Shown here in pieces: positions 1 to 7,968 of a stretch of DNA of 64,000 nucleotides (its first letter is position 1; each line of letters starts with the position of its first letter). Source of the DNA: an uncultured Pelagibacteraceae bacterium (GTDB lineage: Bacteria > Pseudomonadota > Alphaproteobacteria > Pelagibacterales > Pelagibacteraceae); the NCBI GenBank assembly GCA_902578325.1, contig CACHCM010000001.1, forward strand, positions 19,439 to 83,438. The letters run 5' to 3'. A program made the position numbers and the translations under genes. The notes under the pieces were generated by a model. That model ran no database searches. It worked only from the letters and a program-made list of their open reading frames with translations, and was not told the origin of the DNA.

Positions 1-98
1 TTTTTTTTTAAATTACTAAACTTAATTTTTTTTATTAATAAATTTTTAAATTTTAAAGATTTCTTATTTTTATCTGAAATAATATGAGGTTTGCTCAT
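1..98 (-). CDS. N-terminal fragment of a CDS running off the window (possibly NAD kinase)
   Basis: ATG at 98, open to the window edge: MSKPHIISDKNKKSLKFKNLLIKKIKFSNLKK. Product guessed from recollection of SAR11 NAD kinase N-termini; the diagnostic GGDG motif would lie outside the window. Confidence 0.45.
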   Translation of the reverse strand, partial: MSKPHIISDKNKKSLKFKNLLIKKIKFSNLKK

Positions 99-102
99 TT
101 AG

Positions 103-188
103 TGGTGCCCTCGGCCAGACTCGAACTGGCACTCCGCAAGCGGCAAGGATTTTAAGTCCTTTGTGTCTACCAATTTCACCACGAGGGC
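103..188 (-). tRNA. tRNA-Leu (UAA)
   Basis: GCCCTCG/CGAGGGC acceptor stem, encoded CCA, AAGGA-CTTAAAA-TCCTT anticodon arm, long variable arm, GTTCGAGT T-loop. Confidence 0.97.
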
Positions 189-286
189 ATTTGTGAATTT
201 CATGAGTATTTATGCTAATATTTATAATTCAACAAGTCTAATTAGTAAAATTGTTATTTATTAGAATATTTTATAAATATCAATTA

Positions 287-1090
287 ATGGAAAAAGCATT
301 CAAAGTTTTGATATTTACTGACCTAGACGGTTCCCTGCTTCATAGAGATACATTTAAATTTGATGAAATAAAAGACTATTTAAAACAGCTAATATCAAAA
401 GGTATTTTTATAATACCGAATACTAGTAAAACTGAGAAAGAAATTTTAGAATTTAATTACGAGTTAGGATCAAATTTACCTTTTATTTCTGAAAATGGAG
501 CAGCTATTAATGGCTTAGACTTATTAAATCCAGATTTACCTAAAGAATTAATTCTTAGTAGAGAAAAAGATGATATTTTTAATATTTTTAAAAATATAGT
601 TCCATTAAACCTTCAAAATGAATGCAAATGGGTATATAAAATGAGTAAAAAAAAACAAAGTTTAGTTTTTGGTTTAGAAGATAAAAAACTAAATTTGGCT
701 TTAAATCGTAAATACACTATTCCATTTGTATTTGAAGGAACCAAAAATCATAGAAATGAATTGTCAAAGATAATTAAAAATGAAGGTCTTTATTTACAAG
801 AAGGAGGTAGGGTTATTAATTTAACTGATAGGGTTAGTAAAGCTAAAGCTCTTCAAATATTTGTAAGATTTTTAAAAAAAATTAATAAAAATATAAAAAC
901 AATAGCTGTTGGTGATAATTACAATGATTTAGACATGCTAAAAAAGAGTGATTTTCCATGCTTAGTATTTAATGATAAATTCACTTTAGATGAAATTCCT
1001 ATAAATAATTTAATAACAACAAATAAGCCATCTCCTGAAGGCTGGGCTGATGTGATTAAAATGGCTCTAGTTAAAATAAACGAAAATTAA
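287..1090 (+). CDS. gpgP: Glucosyl/mannosyl-3-phosphoglycerate phosphatase (HAD IIB)
   Basis: FTDLDGSLL, NTSKT, ISENGA, GGR, AVGDNYNDLDML motifs; adjacent to the synthase; ATG at 287 preferred over TTG at 251. Confidence 0.85.
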   Translation: MEKAFKVLIFTDLDGSLLHRDTFKFDEIKDYLKQLISKGIFIIPNTSKTEKEILEFNYELGSNLPFISENGAAINGLDLLNPDLPKELILSREKDDIFNIFKNIVPLNLQNECKWVYKMSKKKQSLVFGLEDKKLNLALNRKYTIPFVFEGTKNHRNELSKIIKNEGLYLQEGGRVINLTDRVSKAKALQIFVRFLKKINKNIKTIAVGDNYNDLDMLKKSDFPCLVFNDKFTLDEIPINNLITTNKPSPEGWADVIKMALVKINEN

Positions 1091-1101
1091 TAAGATAAAT
1101 T

Positions 1102-2322
1102 ATGAGTGATTTTTTGCAAAATGGTATTATTTCAACACTTCATGACTTTGGAACAAAGTCAACAAAGCAAATAGAAAAAGAGCTTTTAAGTTTTTCAAAA
1201 GAGAGAAAAATGGAACTTATATTACCTTGTCTTTATAGCGAATTAAATGGAGATGCATTACCAAAAATTGTTTCTGAAATTGCTCAAACTAATTATCTAC
1301 ATCACATAATAATAGGACTTGATCAAGCTAATGAAAAACAAGCCAGAAAGGCATGGACATTTTTTGAAAAATTGGAAACTCCATTCACAATACTTTGGAA
1401 CGATGGTCCAAATTTAAAAAAATTAGATAAAGAATTACAAAAAAAAGCATTAGCACCAAATGAAAAAGGCAAAGGCAGAAATGTTTGGTACTGCATTGGA
1501 ATGTCTATAGCAAGAAATAGTGCAAGATCTGTCGCTTTACATGATTGTGATATAAAAACATATGATAGAAGAATGTTAGCAAAATTATTTTATCCAGTAG
1601 TTAATCCATTATTTAATTTTGAATTTTGTAAAGGTTACTATCCTCGGGTAGCAGATAACAAAATGAATGGAAGAGTAGCCAGGCTATTAGTTTTCCCATT
1701 ATTAAACGCTTTAGAAAAAACCATAGGTAAAAGTGAATATTTAGATTTTATGAAATCATTTAAATATCCACTAGCTGGAGAATTTTCTTTTAGAAGAAAT
1801 ATTCTCCCAGAATTAAGAATTTCATCAGACTGGGGAATAGAAATTGGAATTTTGTCAGAAATGCAAAGAAACTTTTCTCCACAAAATATCTGTCAGGTTG
1901 ATTTAGCTGATACTTATGACCATAAACATCAGGATTTATCTATTGATGATGAAAATAAAGGTTTATCAAGAATGTCCATTGATATAATTAAGACCTTTAT
2001 AAAAAAACTTGCTACACAAGGTCACTCGTTTAGCAGAGAAGAATTAAGATCACTTAAAGCAACATACTATAGGTCAGCACTTGATTTAATTGACGCTTAT
2101 CGAGGTGATGCTGAAATGAATGGTTTGAAATTTGATTCACATTCTGAAGAAAAAGCAGTTGAATTATTTTCAAAAAATATAATTAAAGCAGGAGAAGATT
2201 TTTATTTAAATCCGATGGATGCTCCATTTATTCCAACTTGGAGCAGAGTTAAAAGCGCTATCCCAGATTTTTTATTGAGATTAGAAAAAGCTGTTAATGA
2301 GGATAATAAATATTATCTTTAG
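1102..2322 (+). CDS. gpgS: Glucosyl-3-phosphoglycerate synthase (GT-A fold, ~400-aa cyanobacterial/proteobacterial type)
   Basis: GKGRNVW, LHDCDI, KGYYPR, GRVARLLV, YPLAGEF, DWGIEIG, YDHKHQ motifs. Confidence 0.85.
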   Translation: MSDFLQNGIISTLHDFGTKSTKQIEKELLSFSKERKMELILPCLYSELNGDALPKIVSEIAQTNYLHHIIIGLDQANEKQARKAWTFFEKLETPFTILWNDGPNLKKLDKELQKKALAPNEKGKGRNVWYCIGMSIARNSARSVALHDCDIKTYDRRMLAKLFYPVVNPLFNFEFCKGYYPRVADNKMNGRVARLLVFPLLNALEKTIGKSEYLDFMKSFKYPLAGEFSFRRNILPELRISSDWGIEIGILSEMQRNFSPQNICQVDLADTYDHKHQDLSIDDENKGLSRMSIDIIKTFIKKLATQGHSFSREELRSLKATYYRSALDLIDAYRGDAEMNGLKFDSHSEEKAVELFSKNIIKAGEDFYLNPMDAPFIPTWSRVKSAIPDFLLRLEKAVNEDNKYYL

Positions 2323-2328
2323 TCTTAC

Positions 2329-2730
2329 TTATGTTCTTAGTGCTTTATGTAAAAATCTTTTATCAAGTTTACAATCTCGATATCCTTTTTTTACAACATT
2401 TAAATATCTTTCAGTTGGAAATTTGAATGGAGATTTTTTAGCCATTGTATAAGTCATCACTTTCTTTCCATAATAATAAAAATAATGTTTTTTATATAGT
2501 ATTGGAAAATCTTCATACACATCTAATTTTTTTTCATCACTTTTAGAAATTTCAAATAAAGCACCTGGTACAATTGAATTTTTTTTTGCCTCTATATCTG
2601 CAGCTCTATATTTGCTTCTAAAGGTTAATTTAAAATCTTTTAAATTTATTTTTTTTAAAAAAATACTGTCTTTGCATCTACGTTTCATTTGAAAATGATG
2701 AAGATTACTACCATAAGCAAAATACAGCAT
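2329..2730 (-). CDS. Gamma-glutamylcyclotransferase family protein
   Basis: YFAYGSNL and LDVYE motifs. Confidence 0.85.
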   Translation of the reverse strand: MLYFAYGSNLHHFQMKRRCKDSIFLKKINLKDFKLTFRSKYRAADIEAKKNSIVPGALFEISKSDEKKLDVYEDFPILYKKHYFYYYGKKVMTYTMAKKSPFKFPTERYLNVVKKGYRDCKLDKRFLHKALRT

Positions 2731-3479
2731 TATCTATCTACTACCTCAATTTTTTTTTCATTAACAAATTTTAAAATTTGAGAATTACAATCATCAATTT
2801 TATTCTGATCTTCTGATCTTATCACAATTGATACACCTAATTTACCTGCATGAAAAAAAGGATAACTTCCAATTTCTACATCTATATTGTTATTTTGAAC
2901 CTTGGTTAATGAATTTGCTATTTCACTTTCAACAGTTCTTAAGCTTATAGTAAGACTTTTGATAGGCTTTCCCCCTACTATTCTATTAGTCAAACCACCT
3001 AACATTGATTTTAAAATGGATGGAACCCCTGGTAATGAAAAAACATTTTCAACATTAAAACCTGGTGCACCACTTGTTGGGTTTAAAATTAAATTTGCAT
3101 TCTCTGGCAACCAAGCCATTTTTTGTCTGCCTTCATTAAATTCACCCGGTTGGTAATAAGCTTCTAATATTTTAAAAGCTTCTTTATGAACTTCATATTT
3201 TATTCCAAAAGCTTTTGACACTGATTGAGCTGTAATATCATCATGAGTAGGACCAATACCACCAGTTGTAAAAACGTAATCATATGTTGACCTAAGTAAA
3301 TTTAAAGTATCAACAATAATATCTTGAACATCAGGTATTACTCTAACTTCACCAACATTAACACCGATTGAATTTAGCCAGATTGCTAAAGTAGATGTGT
3401 TCGTATCCTGGGTTCTTCCAGATAAAATTTCATTACCTATTATTAAAATTGAAGCATTAACTTTTACTTTTTTATTCAT
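2730..3479 (-). CDS. CinA-like molybdopterin-binding domain protein
   Basis: IGNEILSGRTQDTN, TTGGIGPTHDDIT, LPGVP; no C-terminal PncC domain. Confidence 0.88.
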   Translation of the reverse strand: MNKKVKVNASILIIGNEILSGRTQDTNTSTLAIWLNSIGVNVGEVRVIPDVQDIIVDTLNLLRSTYDYVFTTGGIGPTHDDITAQSVSKAFGIKYEVHKEAFKILEAYYQPGEFNEGRQKMAWLPENANLILNPTSGAPGFNVENVFSLPGVPSILKSMLGGLTNRIVGGKPIKSLTISLRTVESEIANSLTKVQNNNIDVEIGSYPFFHAGKLGVSIVIRSEDQNKIDDCNSQILKFVNEKKIEVVDR

Positions 3480-3499
3480 ATGAAATATATAATTTACTA

Positions 3500-4198
3500 A
3501 TGGAATTTACCAAGTCTTTAATAAAAGGCAAATTAATCAAACGTTATAAAAGGTTTTTTACTGATGTGCAGCTAGGTAAAGAAATTGTCACAGCTCACTG
3601 TCCTAACACAGGATCAATGAAAGGTTTACTAGATGAGGGTAATGAAGTTTACATGCTTCCTAATAATGATCCAAAAAGAAAACTTAAATATGGATTGGAA
3701 ATTATTAAATCTAGAAAAAATTTGGTTGGAGTGAACACTCATATGGCAAATAGAATAGTTGAGCATGGTCTCAAAAACAATCTAGTAAATGAACTCAAGA
3801 ATAATGACATTATTAAACCTGAGGTTTTTTTTAATAAGGAAACAAGATTTGATTTTTTGTTAGAAAAAAAAGGTCAAAAAATGTTTGTTGAGGTTAAAAA
3901 TGTTACTTTATTTAGAAATAAGGATACTGCTGAATTTCCAGATGCACCAACATCAAGAGGAATTAAGCATTTATTAACCCTTATTGATGCCATAAAAAAA
4001 AGTTATAAAACATACTTAATATTTTTAGTTCAAATCCAAAATATGAAATATTTTAAAATAGCTAAAGACATAGATGAACTATATTATAAGAACTATTTAA
4101 TAGCTAAAAAAGCTGGTGTAAATTTTTTAGCATATAGATGTGATATAAGTTCTAAAAAAATTTTTATAGATAAAAAATTAAAAATTATAGATGACTGA
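3500..4198 (+). CDS. sfsA: Sugar fermentation stimulation protein A (nuclease-like)
   Basis: KRYKRF, AHCPNTGSM, EVKNVTL, FPDAPTSRGIKHL. Confidence 0.95.
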   Translation: MEFTKSLIKGKLIKRYKRFFTDVQLGKEIVTAHCPNTGSMKGLLDEGNEVYMLPNNDPKRKLKYGLEIIKSRKNLVGVNTHMANRIVEHGLKNNLVNELKNNDIIKPEVFFNKETRFDFLLEKKGQKMFVEVKNVTLFRNKDTAEFPDAPTSRGIKHLLTLIDAIKKSYKTYLIFLVQIQNMKYFKIAKDIDELYYKNYLIAKKAGVNFLAYRCDISSKKIFIDKKLKIIDD

Positions 4199-4961
4199 TT
4201 ATAAAGAAAAGTTTGAAAAAATGAGAATTGCAGGCAACCTCGCTGCAAGAACTTTAGATATGTTAACTGAAAATATTAAAGAAGGTGTCTCGACTGATCA
4301 TATCGATAAACTAGGATATGAATTTATTAGAGATAATGGTGGCTACTCTGCCCCACTTTATTATAGAGGCTTTACAAAGTCGCTATGTACATCCTTGAAT
4401 CATGTCATATGCCATGGAATACCATCAAATAGAATTTTACAAGAAGGTGATGCTGTGAATGTAGATGTGACAGCAATTGTTGATGAGCATTATGGAGATA
4501 CAAGCAGAGTGTTTTGCATTGGAAAAACTCCAGTAAAATTAAACAACCTTATTGATACAACTTACGAATCTATGATGAGAGCTATTAGAATTTTAAAACC
4601 TGGAATTAAATTAGGAGATATTGGTTATGAGATACAATCTTTTGTGGAAGAAAAAGGTTTTTCAGTCGTTAGAGATTTTTGTGGTCACGGAATAAGCACT
4701 ACATTTCATGAGCCACCAAATATTCTTCATTATGGTAGAAAAAATACTGGCATGGAATTAAGACCTGGTATGACATTTACTATAGAGCCTATGATAAATG
4801 CTGGTAAATATGATGTTAAAATGTTGAATGATGGTTGGACAGCTGTTACAAAAGATAAATCTTTATCTGCACAATTTGAACATACGTTAGGAATTACTGA
4901 AAATGGTTATGAAATCTTTACAGAATCTGCTAAAGGTTATTCAAAGCCTCCATACTTATAA
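4191..4961 (+). CDS. map: Methionine aminopeptidase type I
   Basis: CHGIP, DVT, GDTS, GHGI, TIEPM, SAQFEHT. Confidence 0.97.
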   Translation: MTDYKEKFEKMRIAGNLAARTLDMLTENIKEGVSTDHIDKLGYEFIRDNGGYSAPLYYRGFTKSLCTSLNHVICHGIPSNRILQEGDAVNVDVTAIVDEHYGDTSRVFCIGKTPVKLNNLIDTTYESMMRAIRILKPGIKLGDIGYEIQSFVEEKGFSVVRDFCGHGISTTFHEPPNILHYGRKNTGMELRPGMTFTIEPMINAGKYDVKMLNDGWTAVTKDKSLSAQFEHTLGITENGYEIFTESAKGYSKPPYL

Positions 4962-4964
4962 TTA

Positions 4965-6257
4965 ATGATTAAAAGATACTCGCGAAAAGAATTAACTGAT
5001 ATTTGGTCAGAAGAAAATAAATACAAAATCTGGTTAGATGTTGAGGTTGCAGCCGCAGAGGCAATGGAAAAACTTGGTCAAATTCCAAAAGGTGTTGCTA
5101 CAATAGTTAAAAAAAAAGCTAAAATTAATGTAAGCAGAATTCACAAAATAGAATCTGAAGTAAAACATGATGTAATAGCATTTCTTACCTCTGTAACCGA
5201 AAAAGCTGGTATCAAAGCACGATACCTGCATCAAGGAATGACATCGTCAGATGTTTTGGATACAAGTTTTAATATTCAATTAGTCCAATCAGGTAAAATT
5301 ATTTTAAAAGATATAGATCAGATTTTAAAAGTTTTAAAAAAACAGGCAAAAAAATATAAATTTACACCTTGTATGGGTAGAAGCCACGGTATTCATGCAG
5401 AGCCGATTACATTTGGTTTAAAATTAGCTTCATTTTATGAGGAATTTAAAAGAAACAGAAATAGATTAAAAGATGCGATAGATGAAGTATCAACTTGTGC
5501 AATATCTGGTGCTGTAGGAACATTTGCTAACATTAATCCAAATGTTGAAAAACATGTGGCAAAAAAATTAGGTCTAGAAGTTGAACCAATTTCAACACAA
5601 GTAATTCCAAGAGATAGACATGCATTCTATTTTTCTGTTTTAGGAATTATTGCAGGATCTATAGAGAGAGTAGCAGTTGAAATAAGGCACCTGCAAAGAA
5701 GTGAGGTTTATGAGCTTCAAGAATATTTCTCTAAAAATCAAAAAGGATCGTCAGCAATGCCTCATAAAAAAAATCCTATTTTAAGTGAAAATTTAACAGG
5801 TTTAGCTAGGATGGTTAGAAGTGCAGTTATGCCAGCACTTGAAAACATAGCGCTTTGGCATGAAAGAGATATTTCACATTCTAGTGTTGAAAGAAATATC
5901 GGACCAGATGCCAATATAACAACTGATTTTGCATTAGTTAGACTTACTAATATTTTAGATAACATGATCGTTTATCCTAAAAAAATGCTTGAAAACTTAA
6001 ATTTAACAAAAGGTTTAATTTTCTCTCAAGAAGTTATGTTGGAATTAACTAAAACAGGATTAAGCAGAGAAAAATCCTATAAATTAGTACAATCTTATGC
6101 AAAAAAATGTTTTGCGCAAAATTTAAACTTAATTGACATCATTTCATCTGATAAATTTATAATGAGTAAAATTTCCCCAAAAAAACTAAAATCTATATTT
6201 GATTATTCTAAACACTTTAAAAATGTAAATTTTATCTTTAGAAGAGTTTTTAAATAA
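4965..6257 (+). CDS. purB: Adenylosuccinate lyase
   Basis: GRSHGIHAEP, GSSAMPHKKNP. Confidence 0.97.
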   Translation: MIKRYSRKELTDIWSEENKYKIWLDVEVAAAEAMEKLGQIPKGVATIVKKKAKINVSRIHKIESEVKHDVIAFLTSVTEKAGIKARYLHQGMTSSDVLDTSFNIQLVQSGKIILKDIDQILKVLKKQAKKYKFTPCMGRSHGIHAEPITFGLKLASFYEEFKRNRNRLKDAIDEVSTCAISGAVGTFANINPNVEKHVAKKLGLEVEPISTQVIPRDRHAFYFSVLGIIAGSIERVAVEIRHLQRSEVYELQEYFSKNQKGSSAMPHKKNPILSENLTGLARMVRSAVMPALENIALWHERDISHSSVERNIGPDANITTDFALVRLTNILDNMIVYPKKMLENLNLTKGLIFSQEVMLELTKTGLSREKSYKLVQSYAKKCFAQNLNLIDIISSDKFIMSKISPKKLKSIFDYSKHFKNVNFIFRRVFK

Positions 6258-7042
6258 TGAAAAAAGGTAAAAAATTATACGAAGGTAAAGCTAAAATCAT
6301 TTATGCAACAAGTGATAAAAATTTAGTTATCCAATATTTTAAAGATGATGCAACTGCATTCAATAATCAAAAAAAAACTACCATAGAAGGTAAAGGTGTT
6401 TTAAATAACAGAATATCTGAGCACATACTTTCAAACTTATCTGAGGTAGGAATTAAAAATCATTTAGTAAAAAGAATTAATATGAGAGAACAATTAGTTA
6501 AGCTAGTTGATATAATACCTATAGAATTTATAGTGAGAAATATTGCAACCGGATCATTAACTAAAAGATTGGGTATCGAGGAAGGAACCGTACTTGAACG
6601 ACCATTAATAGAATACTGTCTTAAAGATGATAAGCTTGGAGATCCAATAATTAGTCGTGAGCATATTTTAACCTTTAATTGGCTTAATGTAATGCAGCTT
6701 GATTGGATAGATGAAAATCTATCTAGATTAAATGATTTTTTATTAGGAATGTTTAGAGGTGTCGGAATAAAATTAGTGGATTTTAAAGTTGAATTTGGCT
6801 TCACTCATGAAAGTGAAAAAAATCAAATTGTATTAGCTGATGAAATAAGCCCTGATACATGTAGATTGTGGGATACTTTAACAGATAAAAAACTTGATAA
6901 AGACAGATTTAGAAAAGATTTAGGAGATCTTATTCCCGCTTATACAGAAGTTGCAAAAAGACTTGGAATACTCCATGAGCAATCAAATGTTTCTGCTGTA
7001 AATGTCACCCAACTTTCATCAGTAAAAAGAAAGAAAAGATGA
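6257..7042 (+). CDS. purC: SAICAR synthetase
   Basis: LYEGKAK, FKDDATAFN, DFKVEFG, LADEISPDTCRLWD. Confidence 0.97.
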   Translation: MKKGKKLYEGKAKIIYATSDKNLVIQYFKDDATAFNNQKKTTIEGKGVLNNRISEHILSNLSEVGIKNHLVKRINMREQLVKLVDIIPIEFIVRNIATGSLTKRLGIEEGTVLERPLIEYCLKDDKLGDPIISREHILTFNWLNVMQLDWIDENLSRLNDFLLGMFRGVGIKLVDFKVEFGFTHESEKNQIVLADEISPDTCRLWDTLTDKKLDKDRFRKDLGDLIPAYTEVAKRLGILHEQSNVSAVNVTQLSSVKRKKR

Positions 7043-7281
7043 AAATTTCTGTAATCATTACTTTAAAAAAAGATGTTCTTGATCCACAGGGAAAAGTAAT
7101 TCACAAAACTCTAGATGGAATGGGTTTTGATAATATTATTGAAGTTAGACAAGGCAAATATTTTGAAATAGACACTAAAGAAACTGATAATGAAAAAGCA
7201 AAAGCAAAAGTTGAGGAAATGTGCAAAAAACTTTTGGCAAATCTTGTAATTGAAAATTATAAAATTATTGATCCAAAGTAA
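7039..7281 (+). CDS. purS: FGAM synthase subunit PurS
   Basis: VLDPQG, VRQGK, LLANLVIE. Confidence 0.96.
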   Translation: MKISVIITLKKDVLDPQGKVIHKTLDGMGFDNIIEVRQGKYFEIDTKETDNEKAKAKVEEMCKKLLANLVIENYKIIDPK

Positions 7282-7284
7282 TTA

Positions 7285-7968
7285 ATGAAATCATCAGTTA
7301 TTACTTTTCCTGGTTCAAATTGTGACAGAGACATGGATGTTGCTTTGAAGAAGTTTGGATTTAAAAATAAAATGGTTTGGCATGCTGATGCTGAATTACC
7401 CAAAAGTGATTTAGTTGTATTGCCAGGTGGTTTTTCATATGGGGATTACTTGAGATGTGGAAGTATGGCATCTAAATCAAAAATAATGCAATCTGTAATT
7501 AATTTTGCAAATTCAGGAGGTATGGTTATGGGTATCTGTAATGGATTTCAAATATTGGTAGAAACTGGTTTAGTTCCAGGTGTTTTGCTTAGAAACAAAT
7601 ATTTAGAATTTATTTGTAAAAATGTTTTTGTAAAAATTAATGATAAAAAAAATAAATATTTTAAAAATCTTGATAATGAAGTTTTAGAATTTCATATAGC
7701 GCATAATGAAGGAAATTATTTTTGTACCAATGATCAATTAAAAGAAATAGAAGATAATAATCAAATAGCTATTAACTATTGTGATGAAAACGGAAAAATA
7801 GAAGATCAATTGAATCCTAATGGGTCTTTAAAAAATATTGCTGGTATATTTAATAAAGAAAAAAATGTTCTAGGAATGATGCCCCACCCTGAAAGAATGA
7901 TTGATACATCTTTATCAGGTGAGGATGGATCATTATTTTTTAAAAACTTAATAAACAACTTAAAATGA
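7285..7968 (+). CDS. purQ: FGAM synthase glutaminase subunit
   Basis: FPGSNCD, PGGFSYGDYLR, GICNGFQ, MMPHPER. Confidence 0.97.
   Translation: MKSSVITFPGSNCDRDMDVALKKFGFKNKMVWHADAELPKSDLVVLPGGFSYGDYLRCGSMASKSKIMQSVINFANSGGMVMGICNGFQILVETGLVPGVLLRNKYLEFICKNVFVKINDKKNKYFKNLDNEVLEFHIAHNEGNYFCTNDQLKEIEDNNQIAINYCDENGKIEDQLNPNGSLKNIAGIFNKEKNVLGMMPHPERMIDTSLSGEDGSLFFKNLINNLK

Noticed and set aside
103-2322. gpgP-gpgS as a tRNA-integrated genomic island
   Set aside because: The genes lie on the 5' side of the tRNA, with no integrase, no duplicated tRNA 3' end seen and no obvious compositional shift
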